Source: Girardia tigrina
Taxonomy: Eukaryota
Assembly (NCBI GenBank): GCA_001938485.1
Contig: MQRK01202524.1
Location: 1 to 64,000 of the forward strand
Direction of reading: 5' to 3'
DNA: 64,000 nucleotides
The position numbers and the translations under genes are program-made. The notes under the pieces are model-generated. The model saw nothing but the letters and a program-made list of their open reading frames with translations. It searched no databases and was not told the origin of the DNA. Positions 38,081 to 51,908 of this stretch are shown in pieces. Every line of letters begins with the position of its first letter. Positions within the stretch are counted from its first letter, which is position 1.

Positions 38081-39964
38081 CTGAATAAAATAAACAAATT
38101 AATCCCTATTTTGTATAATCGTAACGAAATTCATTTACAAAACTGATTAGGTTTTTATTAGTCAAATAATTAAATTTGCTCGGTTTTTTGAAATAAAAAA
38201 ATAACTAAAATATGACTAAAAATAATTTTGATAAAAATATCAAAACAATTTTATCTTATTTTATTTAGATAAATAAATTGAATAAATGAGATTTTTGATG
38301 ATTTTATAATTCTTGAACTTTTGAAATAAAATGTTGATTGTTCGGTTCGATTTCAAAGTAGTCGTAACACTTAAATTTTATTAATAGAAATTGCATGAAA
38401 ATATTTTTCGAACAAATTTTCGAGGAACAATTTTTTTGCGCAAATTTTTAATACAAAAGAATAATGTAATATAAATACGAATACTTAATTTAGTAGTTCT
38501 TTTTCTTGGAATTTACAAAATAATTATATAACAATTCTTTAATTATAATTTTATCCTTTAAAAATTAATATTCTTCCTTTTCAAATTCATTTTAAAAAAA
38601 TCTTCATATCAGAAATATTTATATTATATAAATTTCAATTTTAATTATTATCTATCTTATTACAACCTATCTGAGAAAAAAATGAAAGTTAAAAATAAAC
38701 AAAAGTAGTTGCGACTTATTCGACCCATATCGTAAAATTCTTCTTGATTGACTGTTTATCACAAAAAATAATAAATTAACACAAAGAAAATTTTAATACT
38801 TTCATTCAAATCCATCAAAATCATCATCCATTTCATAATTTGTTTTCTCCGATACATGTTCATATATAATATTATCATCAGATTTAAAATCCTGCTTGTT
38901 ACTTGAAATTAAAATTTTAGAACGATAAAAGCCACCTTGAACACACAACACAGTAACTACAAAATATTTTTTTACAAAAAAGCCATACTTTTCAATAACT
39001 CAATATAGTTATATTGTGCATATAAACCGCGTCTTATCTGTCAAAAAAGAGCACTTTTTTAAAAAAAAACTCATGTGCGACTCATCTGCGCAATAATACT
39101 ACACTAGCGAGGATGCGAGCGGCGAATGAGACTCGTGCTGAGGAATTAGATATAGCGTCCTCGATTGCCGAGGATAAGTTTAGGGACACAAAGGTGAGCG
39201 AGGCGATTATCGCGCGGGCACATTTTCTGAGCAGAATTGGAGCGAAGAAATACAGGAAAGTGTTGAGAAAAACAATATAGAGCATGATCAAATAGGAATT
39301 TAGACGACAGGTGAGATATAATCATGAAACAACAATAGTTTAAATCTATTTTTCTATTGCGTGGAATTTTTTGATTAAGAGGACGGTAATTTATAATAAT
39401 AATCTTCCAGAGGGAATGAGACAGGGAATATTTTAAAATTCCCCTAAATATTTAAATTTAACAATTTATGTGAGGTCTCCAAAATCCTAACATTGATTTA
39501 AATATCGGATTATCTGATGAACTTAAGGGGGTTAATATCATTATTATTATTATTAATATATCAAGTCTATTTTTCCAATTACAAGACATGTTCTTCAATA
39601 TGTCAAAATCTTATTTGATTTTTACATACTTTTGATACTTTACTGAAACTTTCTACTATTTTTTTTGAAAAAAGAAATAAGAAAAGACTAAGTTTGTTAT
39701 TTCTAAATATAAACAATATTTATCATGGTCACTATTAGGAAATTATTAATAACTTATAACAGTTTTCAAAAATGTGGAAATTAAACAGACAAAGTAACAA
39801 TATAAATCTTAGAGAATCTAAATTTAAATTCATAGAAACTGTTTCAGAATTCCATATAAATTTATATTTAAATGTTCACATTTTATTTATATTCCAAATA
39901 TTCCGTTTTTATTTTGAATGATAAATTACTGAATTGTACATGCGTTTTTTATATTGAGATGTAT

Positions 39965-40430
39965 TATTGCAATTACATTTAGAGTCATTAAGACTCTCTG
40001 AAGGTCTTTCATCGTTTGCCATCGTTCTAATTGGTTTTCTTATTTCTGTTTTTAATCATGATTATTCGAACAATTTTTCTAAGTTTTTTTAAACATTTAA
40101 CCTCTAAAAATATTAATTAAAAAATAATAATTTTTACCATTTCTCAATAAATCCTAAAATATAATAAAAAATGTCATCAAATTATTAAAAACGCATTTAA
40201 TTTAAATTTTACTAAAAATTATTAAACTTAATTTTAATTGTGAAATGAAAAATATGAACTTATCAAATGATTATTTTAATTATGTTCGAATAGTCAATCA
40301 CATTAAATTTAAATAAAAAATACCAATTTCCATTTGGGTGGGAGAATCACCATTCTAATTTCAACATACTTAAATCAACATACAGCATCCATACATTTAC
40401 ACATTCAAACAATTTAAAATATGCCTCACA
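39965..40430 (-). repeat. Gypsy LTR/leader fragment (TGTGAGG family), inverted relative to 36801-37270
   Basis: Shared blocks such as ttgttcgaataatcatgattaaaaa and ttagaatggtgattc.cccaccca.atggaaa. Confidence 0.75.
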
Positions 40431-40859
40431 GAATATATTAAAAAATATTTAAATATATATTTGTTTAAATATTATTCTAGAATAATATTTTTGAAAATTA
40501 TTCTCTTAATTAGTAACTTATCAATATTTGTATGAACTTTTTAATATTTTTCAGGTCTCACAAAGGAAATTGATGAAAAAGAATTTTTATGTATTGAAAG
40601 AGAAAAAAGAAATTATCATACAAGGATTATCTCTACAATCAAAACAAATCTATTTTTTCGAAAACTTATTGGCAATGTGAAGCTACTCTTTGTTCTTCGA
40701 GTCTCATTAAACAGAACGAAAGAGATAAAATAAGAAAAACACATCATGATCATCCTGGTTTCATATTTAGAAGTATAATTTTTAAAACAAATATAAACAT
40801 TAAAAAAGCAGCCAGAAAACATCTCAAACTCCAAGTGCAATCAAGGATAATGTAATTCT

Positions 40860-41640
40860 ATATGTACCCATAAACGTTCTACCATATCTTTAATCAGCTG
40901 GTTCATTGAAAAGAAATGTTCGACTAGAAAGAAACCGTCATTTACCACCAAAGCTGTTGAAGTATTGACAATTCAGAAAACTGTAGGCGGAGAACAGTTT
41001 ATGATTTATGATAGTGGGCCTGAAAGTATAAACAGAATCCTGATATTTTCAAGTAAATCATTCATTGAGTATCTTGTCAAAGTTCACATTGGTTTGCTGA
41101 TGGGACATTCAGCAGTTGCGCAGATTTGTTCTATCAACTACATATCATTCATAGCCATGTGTATTGAGAAATACTGCATTTATTAAAATGTATTTATGCC
41201 TGGAAAAAACAAAAGAACATTAACCTATTTATTGGACACTCTTTTACAAAGTTTTGATAATAGTAATCTGGATTGTAATATAACTAACATTAGTATAGAT
41301 TTTGAGTTGGCTGTTCATAACTCTTTCGTTTGTATATTTGATGCTAAAATTATTGTTGATTTTGCTTTATTTCATCTTTTCCAATAAGAAGAAAATTGAA
41401 AGAAAATTCAGAATCTTGGACTTGTAAGTTTGTATAATAGTGATAAAGATTTCTCTTTATCTTGTCGCATTATGAACGCACTAGCAGTTTTCCCTCCAGC
41501 TGATCTTGTGAATGCTTCTTATGGACTGAAAGAAAGCTCAGCTGACAAGTTGCAGCTACATTTACAATATTTTGAGGATGTTTATGTACTCTGCTGTGGA
41601 AGTATCAGACAGTTACGTGAAATGACCAAATATATATGAT
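40860..41640 (+). mobile_element. MULE (Mutator) transposase remnant
   Basis: FMIYDSG...RILIFSS...DGTF...FYQL..IH...IDFELAVHN...FHLFQ...RKIQNLGL across frames. Confidence 0.75.
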
Positions 41641-41700
41641 GACAAGATTTCGGTATGCCTATTCATTGTACTGAAAGTCATTTCTAAGTCGAAATCATAA

Positions 41701-43985
41701 CACAGGGCAACAAAAAATGTCTCATTTCATTTTTTAGTGTTTTTTATACAATTTCAGCGTGCTGATTCTAGTGGTAACAATTATTTTAATGTGACTACAG
41801 CGGTTTTTATGAAAAAGCCATTTTTTGAAAAATTCAATTTTATGGCTTCGCTAACTATTATTTTGTTATATCTTTAACGATTTTCATATTAATATTGATT
41901 TTTTTATTTTTTTGGTAGATAAAATGTCATCTAGACACTGTAAATTATCATGTAACTGTTTTTGCTATGTTTTTGGATATTATTGTGGCCCCTATCAAAT
42001 CAAATATAAGATATCTAGGGACACAAAGTACTGCGAAGGATATGAGAAATATTTTGGAATGCCCATAGGAGATCAAGATAAATCCTGGGCTCCTCATGTT
42101 ATATGCGGATGCTGCAAATCAACATTGGAAGGGTGGCTAAGATATAGAGGAAACGAATGCCGTTTGCAGTCCCTAGAATTTGGAGAGAGCCAACAAATCA
42201 CATCAATGGCTCCTACTTCTGTATGGTGGATATCACTGCTTATAAGAAACCACAGAATAAGAAGAAACTATTCTATCCTGATATACCTTCTTCTATTGCA
42301 TCAGTGCCACATTATGAAAATTTATCTGTTCCAGAATCACCAGAATAAAATGAAGCCTACAGGGAACTATCGGATAAGAACGATTAGTATGAAGAAGAAC
42401 AAGAAGCTTGGCAGTCTAAAGAGCCTCACTTACCAAATCAATAAGGATTTGATGATCTTGCCTGATACTTTAACCTTCCTAAAGTAGGCTCTGAACTGCT
42501 TTCATCTAGACTAAATGAATGGAATTTATTGGATCCAAGTGTGAGAATTTCTAAGGACCGAAATAGACACACTACATTTGCTCAGTACTTTAGAGTTGAG
42601 GAAACACTTTGCTTTTGTTCAGACGTGATGGGACTGTTTTAAGCAGTTGATGTCACACATCAAACAGATCAATGGCGTTTATTTATTCACAGCTCTACTA
42701 GAACTTTAAAAGCAGTATTTCTCAACAATAGCAATAAGAATCCTTCGGTACCAATCGGTCATAGTGTCCACTTGAAGGAGGACTATAGTAATGTTAGAAC
42801 TTTGCCGCAGAAGCTCAACTACGATAGCTACAAATGGGAAGTTTGTGAAGATTTCAAGTTGATTGGTTTTATTCTTAGATTGCAAGGTGGATTCACAAAG
42901 TTCCATTGTTTTCTTTGTTTATGTGATAACAGAGACTGAGCAAATTATTATGTATGAAGAGAATGGCCTGAACGAAGGACTTGCAACCTGGTTCATACAG
43001 CGTGAAAAATGTAACTCTTGTTTCAGCTGACAAAATTCTTCTACCTCCACTGCATATAAAACTGGGATTGATTAAAAAATTTGTAACAGCCATAGATCCT
43101 AGTGATGTGATCAGGTCATTGTTTCCCAAACTATCAGAAGCTAAAGTTTTAGCATGTGTGTTTGCTGGACCACAAGTGAAACAGATGTTCGAATCAGAAA
43201 GTCTAGAGAGTAAAATGAAAGACAAAGAAATGAGAACCTGGACTGCTTTCAAGCATGTAGTTTCTAATTTTCTTGGCAACAACAGAGCAGATAATTATAA
43301 GGAACTGATTGAAGAATTAGTCAACAGCTACCAAGATTTTGGTTGTAGAATGTCAACAAATCTGCATAATCTACACTCTCACTGGAATTCTTTAGACCAA
43401 ATCTCGGAGATGTTAGCGAAGAGCATGGTGAGAGGTACCACCAGGACATTACGGTGATGGAGACGCGATATCAAGGATGTTGGGACGAAGCCATGATGCA
43501 TATGTGTGATTATACATGGAGTTTGGTGCGCACATATGACACAACTCATAAAAGACAAAAACGACCTACTGTGAATTTTCGAAGAACTTAGGATTACTTG
43601 TGTTGGGGTTCCTTTTGGTGAACTTTAAATTTTTGATATTTTTAAAAATCATATTTATATTTTAAATAAATTAAAAATAATGTTCGAATAAAGAATTATT
43701 AAAGTATTTTATAAGCTACCATGTCATCTATGCTTCTATTGAACTTGTTAGAATCAATACATACTAACCACAGGTGATAAGAAAAGACATTTAAAAAATG
43801 AAATAATTCTTTAAAATAAAAATCCTTTTAAATTCTTTAAAAAAAGATAATTTAAAGTTAAAAGGCAGTTGGAAATTCTGCAAATTAAAATTCGATAAAT
43901 AATTGATAAAAAATATATATATATATATATATATANNNNNNNNNNNNNNNNNNNNNNNNNNNNNNNNNNNNNNNNNNNNNNNNNN

Positions 43986-44020
<35 letters not shown>

Positions 44021-44707
44021 TTTTATAATTAATTAATCTCTATTAAATAATAATAAATTTAAATATTGCTAAATATTTTTGTATTTTAAATTTGTCAATT
44101 GTATTTCAAAAATAAAAAATAATATTTTTGTATTTTAAATTTGTAAATTATTTTTGCAATTTTTATTAAAAACAAATAAAATGTTTTTATTAAAAAGAAA
44201 TAATTTATAATCGAATTATTTAAAATCAAAGAAAGATATTTAGGAATTGAATTCTTAAAATATTTTTAAAGATCTAAATTTATGCAAAATTGAATAAAAT
44301 AACATATTTATATATTTATCGATATTATTATTTATATTTAGAATTTTGAGGTCTGGATTATGTAATTGAAATATTGTTTCTCATAAATTTGTTTCAATAA
44401 TGAAAATTGTAGTAGAAATAAAGTTCACAAAATTATGACTTCCAATTTTAATCACGAACCTAATAACTTGAATCATTGCATTTATTGTATACACAAAGGA
44501 GACATTGTAACTCCCAGTTATATTGATATTTTGCTAATTTTGTGAGGGGTAGTTAAAACTGATTTCTCGTATAATTATAGCTTATCTTTTGAACCGTTGA
44601 AGGTAGGGGAAACTGATGTTATTTTCTGAATCGGCGAGAAAATTAACATTATGAAACACTAAAAAGTGTCAAGAAACATGACTTTTATAAAAATTTCTTC
44701 CCCAGTG
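41701..44707 (+). mobile_element. Chapaev3 (CMC) DNA transposon with both ends, degraded transposase ~41924-43590
   Basis: taa|cacagggcaa...cttccccagtg|taa gives CAC/GTG termini and a 3-bp TWA TSD. Motifs FCYV, GDQDKSWAPHVIC, MPFAVPRIWREP.NH, LPPLHIKLGL, SEEHGER.HQ. Confidence 0.88.
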
Positions 44708-44710
44708 TAA

Positions 44711-45200
44711 TCAATGAGGAGGGAAAAACTTCTGCGTTGGAATACATTGATGATGTATTTATTGTAGAAAGCAAATGAGATGACAAGAATCTTTCAAGCT
44801 TTTATGTCGAAGTCCTAACCGATGGAAATGATTGGCTTAGATAAAGAGGTAAGGGATTTTGCACTGAAAAAAAATCTACTTCAATGGATCCCATTGATTA
44901 CATCGCAGACAGTAATGATGCACCTCACGAGATAGAAATGGATTATAGTTCAGGCACCGATTCTTAAAAGGAATGTCCAATAGTTCAATAGATAGAAACA
45001 GATTCTACAAATCGACCTATCCAAGAACTGAGGCCCTCTAAATATCTTAAAGACTAAGTGATTTGAGATCATTGGGGAGTGTAATTAAAAAATCTATATT
45101 TAATATTATACTTTAATGAAGTATAATATGTAAGTAATTAATAAACATTTTTTGCACGACTTATTTTAACTACGTATTTATTATCAACACATAAAATATT
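44711..45200 (+). mobile_element. 3' end of an LTR retrotransposon (pol tail, PPT, LTR start at 45080)
   Basis: RPSKYLKD-type integrase tail followed by ggggag|tgtaatt. Confidence 0.45.
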
Positions 45201-45799
45201 TTATAAAAATTTAATTAAATGTGCTAAGACACTTAAAAATTTCATATTTATAATTTGTGTTAATCATCATTGAACAATAAAATATCTGAGTTAATAATTC
45301 TTACTAGAGTTATTTAAGATAATGTATTTTGCATATCATTTAAAGTTTCGTTCTTATTCTTTACTCAATCACGTATATTTCTGGCTTCGATGATCAAACG
45401 AATCAATTATTATCTCAACAAACGCATTACTTTTATTTGACTGATTCTTTGAAGATATTCACTTTAATCTTTATGTATAATATAATACTAAAAGCTGCTA
45501 CTTTGATCAGTACATATTCCTATTATATTCAATATTCGTTAGACTTATATGTAAATTTTCATTGGAGTTCAATATGTACATTTTATTGTATTCAACAAAA
45601 AGAAACATTTAGTTATTAAAATCGTTATTAAGTGAAGAGTGCTAAGATACGTGCACGTTTGTTACATCATTTTTTACATTCACAATTTGGATCATCTTCA
45701 TGACAATCAGTAATAATGTTGTCGCTCATATTCATCAATAAATGTTTATTACTTCTAATCCAAAAATCTGTACTAACTTGTGTCGATATATTATTTTTA

Positions 45800-48527
45800 A
45801 AATATTTATCACAAAATTTAAAACAAAATGTTAAAATAAAAGTTTAAAATAAAATTAATATTAATCATTTAAAAATATTAATTTGCGAATTTAAAAAATA
45901 AAATTAATAAAATCATTTAAAATTTCGAATCATAATAAATAAAAAAATTTAATATAAATCTAAATTTAAATAAATTAGTTTCAGATAATAAGAATTCAAA
46001 TATTAATCCTCCATCCGATTAGGAAAAAGTCTAGTCTGGAGGAAGTCTACACACACTCGAATATTTTGTTTTTCCTTCTTCCATACGCATACTAATGGGA
46101 AATTCCATGGTGAGCTACACTTTTCGATTATGTCATTTTCTTCGAAATTTTTAATAACANNNNNNNNNNNNNNNNNNNNNNNNNNNNNNNNNNNNNNNNN
46201 NNNNNNNNNNNNNNNNNNNNNNNNNNNNNNNNNNNNNNNNNNNNNNNNNNNNNNNNNNNNNNNNNNNNNNNNNNNNNNNNNNNNNNNNNNNNNNNNNNNN
46301 NNNNNNNNNNNNNNNNNNNNNNNNNNNNNNNNNNNNNNNNNNNNNNNNNNNNNNNNNNNNNNNNNNCTGTCCTCATCTGATGGGTTGTCTCTAATCACCA
46401 ATATTTCTCCACCTCGAGGTATCTGTCTTTTCAGTTTTATTCCGAATTTATCCAAGAAATCTATACCTGCGATCATTTCGGGTTCAAGTTCTTTAACCAC
46501 ATAAAATTCTATTAACTTTTGTGTTCCCTCAATAACCACATTTAATTGAACGATTCCATAATTGATCAGTTCTGAATCATTTGCGCAATGTATACGTTTT
46601 TTCGTTTCTCTTATTTTAATATCTTTCATGTTTTTAATTATATCCGCTTTAATTACATTTACTCTTGCTCCAGTGTCCAAAAGGCAATGAACTTTTCTAT
46701 CTTTCACGTAAAAATCCACACATGGACGTCCTTTCANTTCTTTATAATTTATCTTAAACTTTGATATCTTCAATATTTCCGTTTTACCATTTAGTTTCTT
46801 ATCATCTTGAGTTGTCATACTATTACACTGTTCTCGATTTACAATATCTTCGCATTCAGGTTCGCACATCTCTTGAGGAATATTTCCATCCGTAAAATCA
46901 AACATACAATCACACACACATTCATACATACAATCAAACATACATTTACNNNNNNNNNNNNNNNNNNNNNNNNNNNNNNNNNNNNNNNNNNNNNNNNNNC
47001 AAACATACATTTACATTGGGTTTCTAATGAAGCACACTGATCACCTCTCCTTGTGATCGTGCGTCCTCATTTCCCTGTTCGTCTCCGGATCTTCTTTTAC
47101 CTCTAGAATAATCTCTTGTTGTATTCTCTTCTCTTCTATCAGACATTTCCGATCTCCTGTCCATTTCATCATCTCTGTCGTCTAACTATAAGTGTTGTTT
47201 CTTATTCATATATGCCGGTCGTTCTCTATATCTCTGATTAGAATAATCTCTCCTGTCATTCCTACGATTTCTATTATTGTCCCATTTCCGTTGGTCACGT
47301 TCTTTAAACNNNNNNNNNTTTTCATAACATTGTGTTCGTAGATGTCCTCTTCTTTGACAGTGACTACACTTAACGTTCGGACATTCTCTTCTAACATGAC
47401 CTTCCTCATGGCAGGCCCAACAAATTATTTTTCTGACTTTATAGTTTCGACTTGTATCGTCTCTCTTTACATCTTCGTTCCGTAGTTTTGGTGTTCTTAT
47501 TTTATTCTCCACCGTTTTCCAATCGTTTTCTTTCCTTGTGTTATATGCTGCAATCGGTGAATTTCTTTTCTTTTCCCGTATTCATACATCCTCATTTGTA
47601 TATTTTCGATTTCCTCCACCCTTGTTACACCTCAAATCGCTATCTCTTGATCGACGTTATCATCATCAATTATATTAGCATAGACCAAGTTTGATAGTTC
47701 TTTCTTACCCAACTTTTTCTCTACTAATTTTTTGATTATCTCATTTGCTTTGCGGAACGCGAGTGACGGGTCACCGCAACCTACTCTTAACTAAATGAGA
47801 TCTTTCATCAAATCCAAAATAGATTTCTCTTTTGAAAATGCTGCTCGCATTTTCTCTTCGCAAGTACTCCCTGGGGCCTTCTCGTATCTCAGAATTGCAT
47901 CTGGAGTCAGGTAGAGTGTTACCAGTAGGTTTTTTCTCTCCTCTGATAATCCCATAATCTTTGAATACCTGTTAAAACTTATCAGGAATTCTTCTAACTT
48001 ATGCTCGGATCCATCGAATGTTTCTGGACCTTTGATGTTCGGAGTCACGTGGTGTGAAGTCGCCATGTTAAGAGAACTCACACATTTGACAGAACATTTA
48101 TTACATTCACAAATTTTATCATCTTTATCATGATCAATATTATTGCTTTCACTAGAATCCATTAATCAATTTTCAATATCTCCCATTATAATCTGAACTA
48201 CACTTGATAAGATTATTTTATTTAAAAATATTTAATTTAAATTTAATTGGCTAAAATAAAATATTTTATAGACATTTTTTGACATTAATTTGATTTTAAT
48301 TATATAAAAATTTACAAAAATAAAATCATTAAAATTATTTAAAAGTTGCAATAATAAAAACTAAAAATCTGAATATTAAATCTAAATTTAAATAAATTAG
48401 TTTCAGATTATAAGAAATTAAATATTGATAATCCATCTGGTTAGGAGAGACACAATCCCAAATCAACATACAACATTTGAACATGCAAACACTACAAAAA
48501 ACAATTATACACCAAATATTCCTCACA
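45800..48527 (-). mobile_element. Internally deleted Gypsy LTR retrotransposon (5' LTR, gag with two CCHC knuckles, protease, RT start, partial 3' LTR)
   Basis: LTR starts tgtgaggaat at 48527. gag PETFDG and CWACHEEGHVRREC/CSHCQRRGHLRTQC, protease LLDTGA, RT start SSPWNFPLVCVWKK...RVCVDF, then a jump into LTR sequence at ~46035. Confidence 0.9.
47032..47075 (-). promoter_or_regulatory. -1 ribosomal frameshift signal (G GGA AAT, 6-nt spacer, hairpin)
   Basis: Minus strand gggaaat-gaggac-gcacgatcac(aaggagag)gtgatcagtgtgc. gag stop TAG at 47024-47026. The -1 frame leads into CKCMF, matching the pol ORF. Confidence 0.7.
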
Positions 48528-49539
48528 CATACGATAATATTTTTTTAATTTACACAAACCAATTATAAATAAAAATATTAAATATAAATATCGATATAAA
48601 ATTTAATTTTACATTTATGTTTATAGTTTCAAATTAATTTTATTACGTCTTTCATTTTAAATTTATTATATTTATATTAACCTCAAATTTACTTTAATTG
48701 TTAATCATAATTAAACATTAAACATTCGATTTTAGTTTCGTAACGTTAATCCTAATTTTAAATATTAAATTGTGATATTTAATTTTGTTGCTTCACTAAA
48801 AATAAAACGTTGCAATGTGATTTTAAATTTTTTTAAAAAATTTTTATATCCTAATGAAATGAAATTACAATATAGTAGTAGTATTTTCTAAAAATCCTAA
48901 AATTTTATTGGTAAAATTACAAATTTAAAATTTATTTTAGAAGTTTTATTTTAAATTTTTTTTAAAATCTAGTTCAATGAAGTATTTTTATTTATTGCGT
49001 TTTGTTTTTCAAATTCAAAAATTGATGAGCTCACCAAAATCATAACAGTTCTTACTTACTTACAGTTCTTACTCTCAATTTCTTTTTGAGAAAGTTTAAG
49101 AGTTTAAAATTACTATTGACATTATGATAAGAGATTTTGGTGAGTAAATTACAGTTGAATCAGCTTAATCGGACTAAATTTCAAAGAACCGAATTATTTA
49201 TTGTTATATAAGTCAAGTTTACTTTTTTATTTGGACCATAAATCCACCATATAGATCATGCAATTTTTCATGCATTTGTGTGTGTGTTTCATGTGTGCAT
49301 ATGAAGTGTAATTGTTTTAAAAAATTATGTAAAAAGCTCGACTTTTCAAATTTGTTTAAATGAATTAAAATAAAATAAAAATTTTGGCGAAAATTAAAGT
49401 TTGCTTTGTTCTTAAATTAAATATGCCATTTTATGTCAAAAGTTTGATTATTTTTCAAGTTTTGTTGGAAAATAAATAAAAAATCTCAAAAAAGGTGAGA
49501 AATTCTCAACCATGCGGGGTTAATTAAGGATCTCAATTA

Positions 49540-50090
49540 ATGAAGCGGCGAGATTTGAATCTGTATGACAAGATTAAATTCTTAGATTAAATCAAGGAAC
49601 ACAGAAATGCCAGTCAGTGTCGCTTGGTTGAAATTACTGGTTTGTCAAAGACCACAATTGTGCGTCTAAAGGTAGAAGAAGAAAAGTTGCGAGAAGAATG
49701 GGGTAATATTGATAAGCATCAAAAAACTTTTAAACTACAAAAGCATGAAGTCAAAAATTTTAAAGTGGAAACGGCACTTAAGGAATGGTTGGAAATTGGT
49801 ACAGGTCGAGAAGTAAAAATAATCCGACCAATGTCAAAGCTAAAGGCAGACGAAATTGAAATAAGATTATGACATAGTGAGTTTAAAAGGCTGTCTCGAT
49901 AGAAATCAATATACAATATAAAATTCAAGAAGGCATACGGTGAAAGAGAAAGTTCGGATACGATGGCTGTTCAAAAGTGAAGATCAACTAAATTACTTGA
50001 GCTTATTGATAAATATTCACCGGATAGTATTTATAATACTGACGAAATCGGGCTTTACTATCGCGCTAGTCCTAACGGCTCTCTATGTAA
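49540..50090 (+). mobile_element. pogo/Tigger (CENP-B-like) transposase remnant
   Basis: MKRRDLNLYDKI...GLSKTTI...VETALKEWL...IKFKKAYGE...YSPDSIYNTDEIGLYYR. Confidence 0.75.
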
Positions 50091-51754
50091 TATAGAGAAA
50101 ATAATAATATAGAAATAAATAAAATCTTTTTTTTCATTTTTCTTTTCATATAGAAAGAAAATAAAGAAAGTGAAAATCACATAATAATTAGTCAGGTTCA
50201 AGTGAAAGCGAATGAAGCAATTAAAAGAATCAAAACATTTCGATATTATTTATACAAGAAGGGAATGAAGGTAGTCCTATGGCTGAGCTGGATATTTGTA
50301 ATAACTTTATTTGAAAACAACTTTGTTCTAAAGTTTTGGGTATTTGAATTAAAACTCGGTTTTATCCTTGTTATTATTAAATTTCTAATCTAACTCCAAA
50401 ATGACCAAAAGGTTTCTTCTAACAATAATATATGAAGAATGAACGCAAATCCTTTTAATATACTTTATTTGCAAATGACAACTAAAGCAAAAAACTTAAA
50501 TCGAAACTTTAACAATAAATCAATATTTTGAAGCACACTCAACCAGCACAAACCATTATCAATTTAGAACGAGCAATATCTTAAAATTATGATTAATTTT
50601 TTTCTCCTTTACAGGATACTAAATTTGTTAAGTAAACAAAAATTAAATGAAGAAAGATTACCGTAAATCATAATAAAGTTTAAAGATTTAAAAGGGTCCG
50701 CAAGTATAATTTTGTCTGTAATTTTGTCGTGAATATGACTGAAATAATTATTGTTTATATACTAGTTTTTAAATAACCTTGAAAATTAGTTTGCTAAAAC
50801 AATTCTAAAAATATTTACAAATATTCTAAAAATTTTATTAAAATAACTATTATGATAATCAAATAAATTATTAATTTTAACCAAGGAATTATTATTAATT
50901 TTTCTATTAGAATTTAAAATTTTAATTTATATTTTTTGGAACCCCAACAAAAGGAATGCATCAGATCACCTTGGATAAATGTTTCAAGAACTGATTTGAC
51001 GTAAGAAAATTACCGTAATTTATTTAACATCAGGTCTTCTTTAATAAAATCTGAATTGGCGTTGTAATTCTTTAAATAAATTTATCAATTTTATTTTTAC
51101 ACTTAACAAGTTAACGGTTAAACATTTTGTTGCTTCAACTAGAAAATTGTAAAAATGGTAATCGGATTCATTTGCAAGGGCGATGTATGAATCTTTAAAA
51201 ATCCTTTTCAGAAAAATTTACTCAAAAGTATCCTCAATTTTAGAATTTTGAGATGAAGGTTACCGAATGGAAGGATGAAAGAATCATTTTTAAATAAAGA
51301 AACTAATTATTGTAGTGTGTTAGAAATATATATTAAAAATAATTCAAAGTAATTTAATTTTTCATTTTAATAACAATTTACAAATCAGCGACGGCCACGA
51401 GAACTGAAAGTAATTCACAATTAAAATTTTATATTATTTTTTTTTCATTAAAATCCAACCATTAAATTGTAGATAAATAATAAAAGTACACTGTCAATAC
51501 TGATTTATATTTATTTTCGAAGATAAAATTAATTGTGATACAATTTTCAATAAATATTAAATATTATTTATTATACAGCCAACGTCACTTGAGAATAACG
51601 GAAAATTAACAATAGCGTTGTCTCAAGGGATATGGATAATCAATATTTTAATTTTAACGTCTTTCCAAATATTAAATTTTAAATAAATATGATGAACTGT
51701 TTTATTAAAGTATTGAGAATAAAAATAATAAATATAATAATATTAATAATACTA

Positions 51755-51803
<49 letters not shown>

Positions 51804-51853
51804 NNNNNNNNNNNNNNNNNNNNNNNNNNNNNNNNNNNNNNNNNNNNNNNNNN

Positions 51854-51904
<51 letters not shown>

Positions 51905-51908
<4 letters not shown>

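Noticed and set aside
39505-39545. CTGATGA after a GIY-YIG-like decayed stretch; similar isolated cores at ~1373, ~22053 and ~63682
   Set aside because: Stem II and GAAA cannot be built, so these are at best dead relics.
50662-50715. 54-nt cag/gtaat exon-like segment on minus
   Set aside because: It has a stop in the host frame and no homology support. Such sites are common in AT-rich introns.
51011-51140. Minus-strand EATKCL...Y*RRPDVK*IT resembling kinase subdomain XI, raising the idea of TAA recoding
   Set aside because: The true exon is at 37964-38080, and the spliced gene has no in-frame stops. Likely a chance resemblance.
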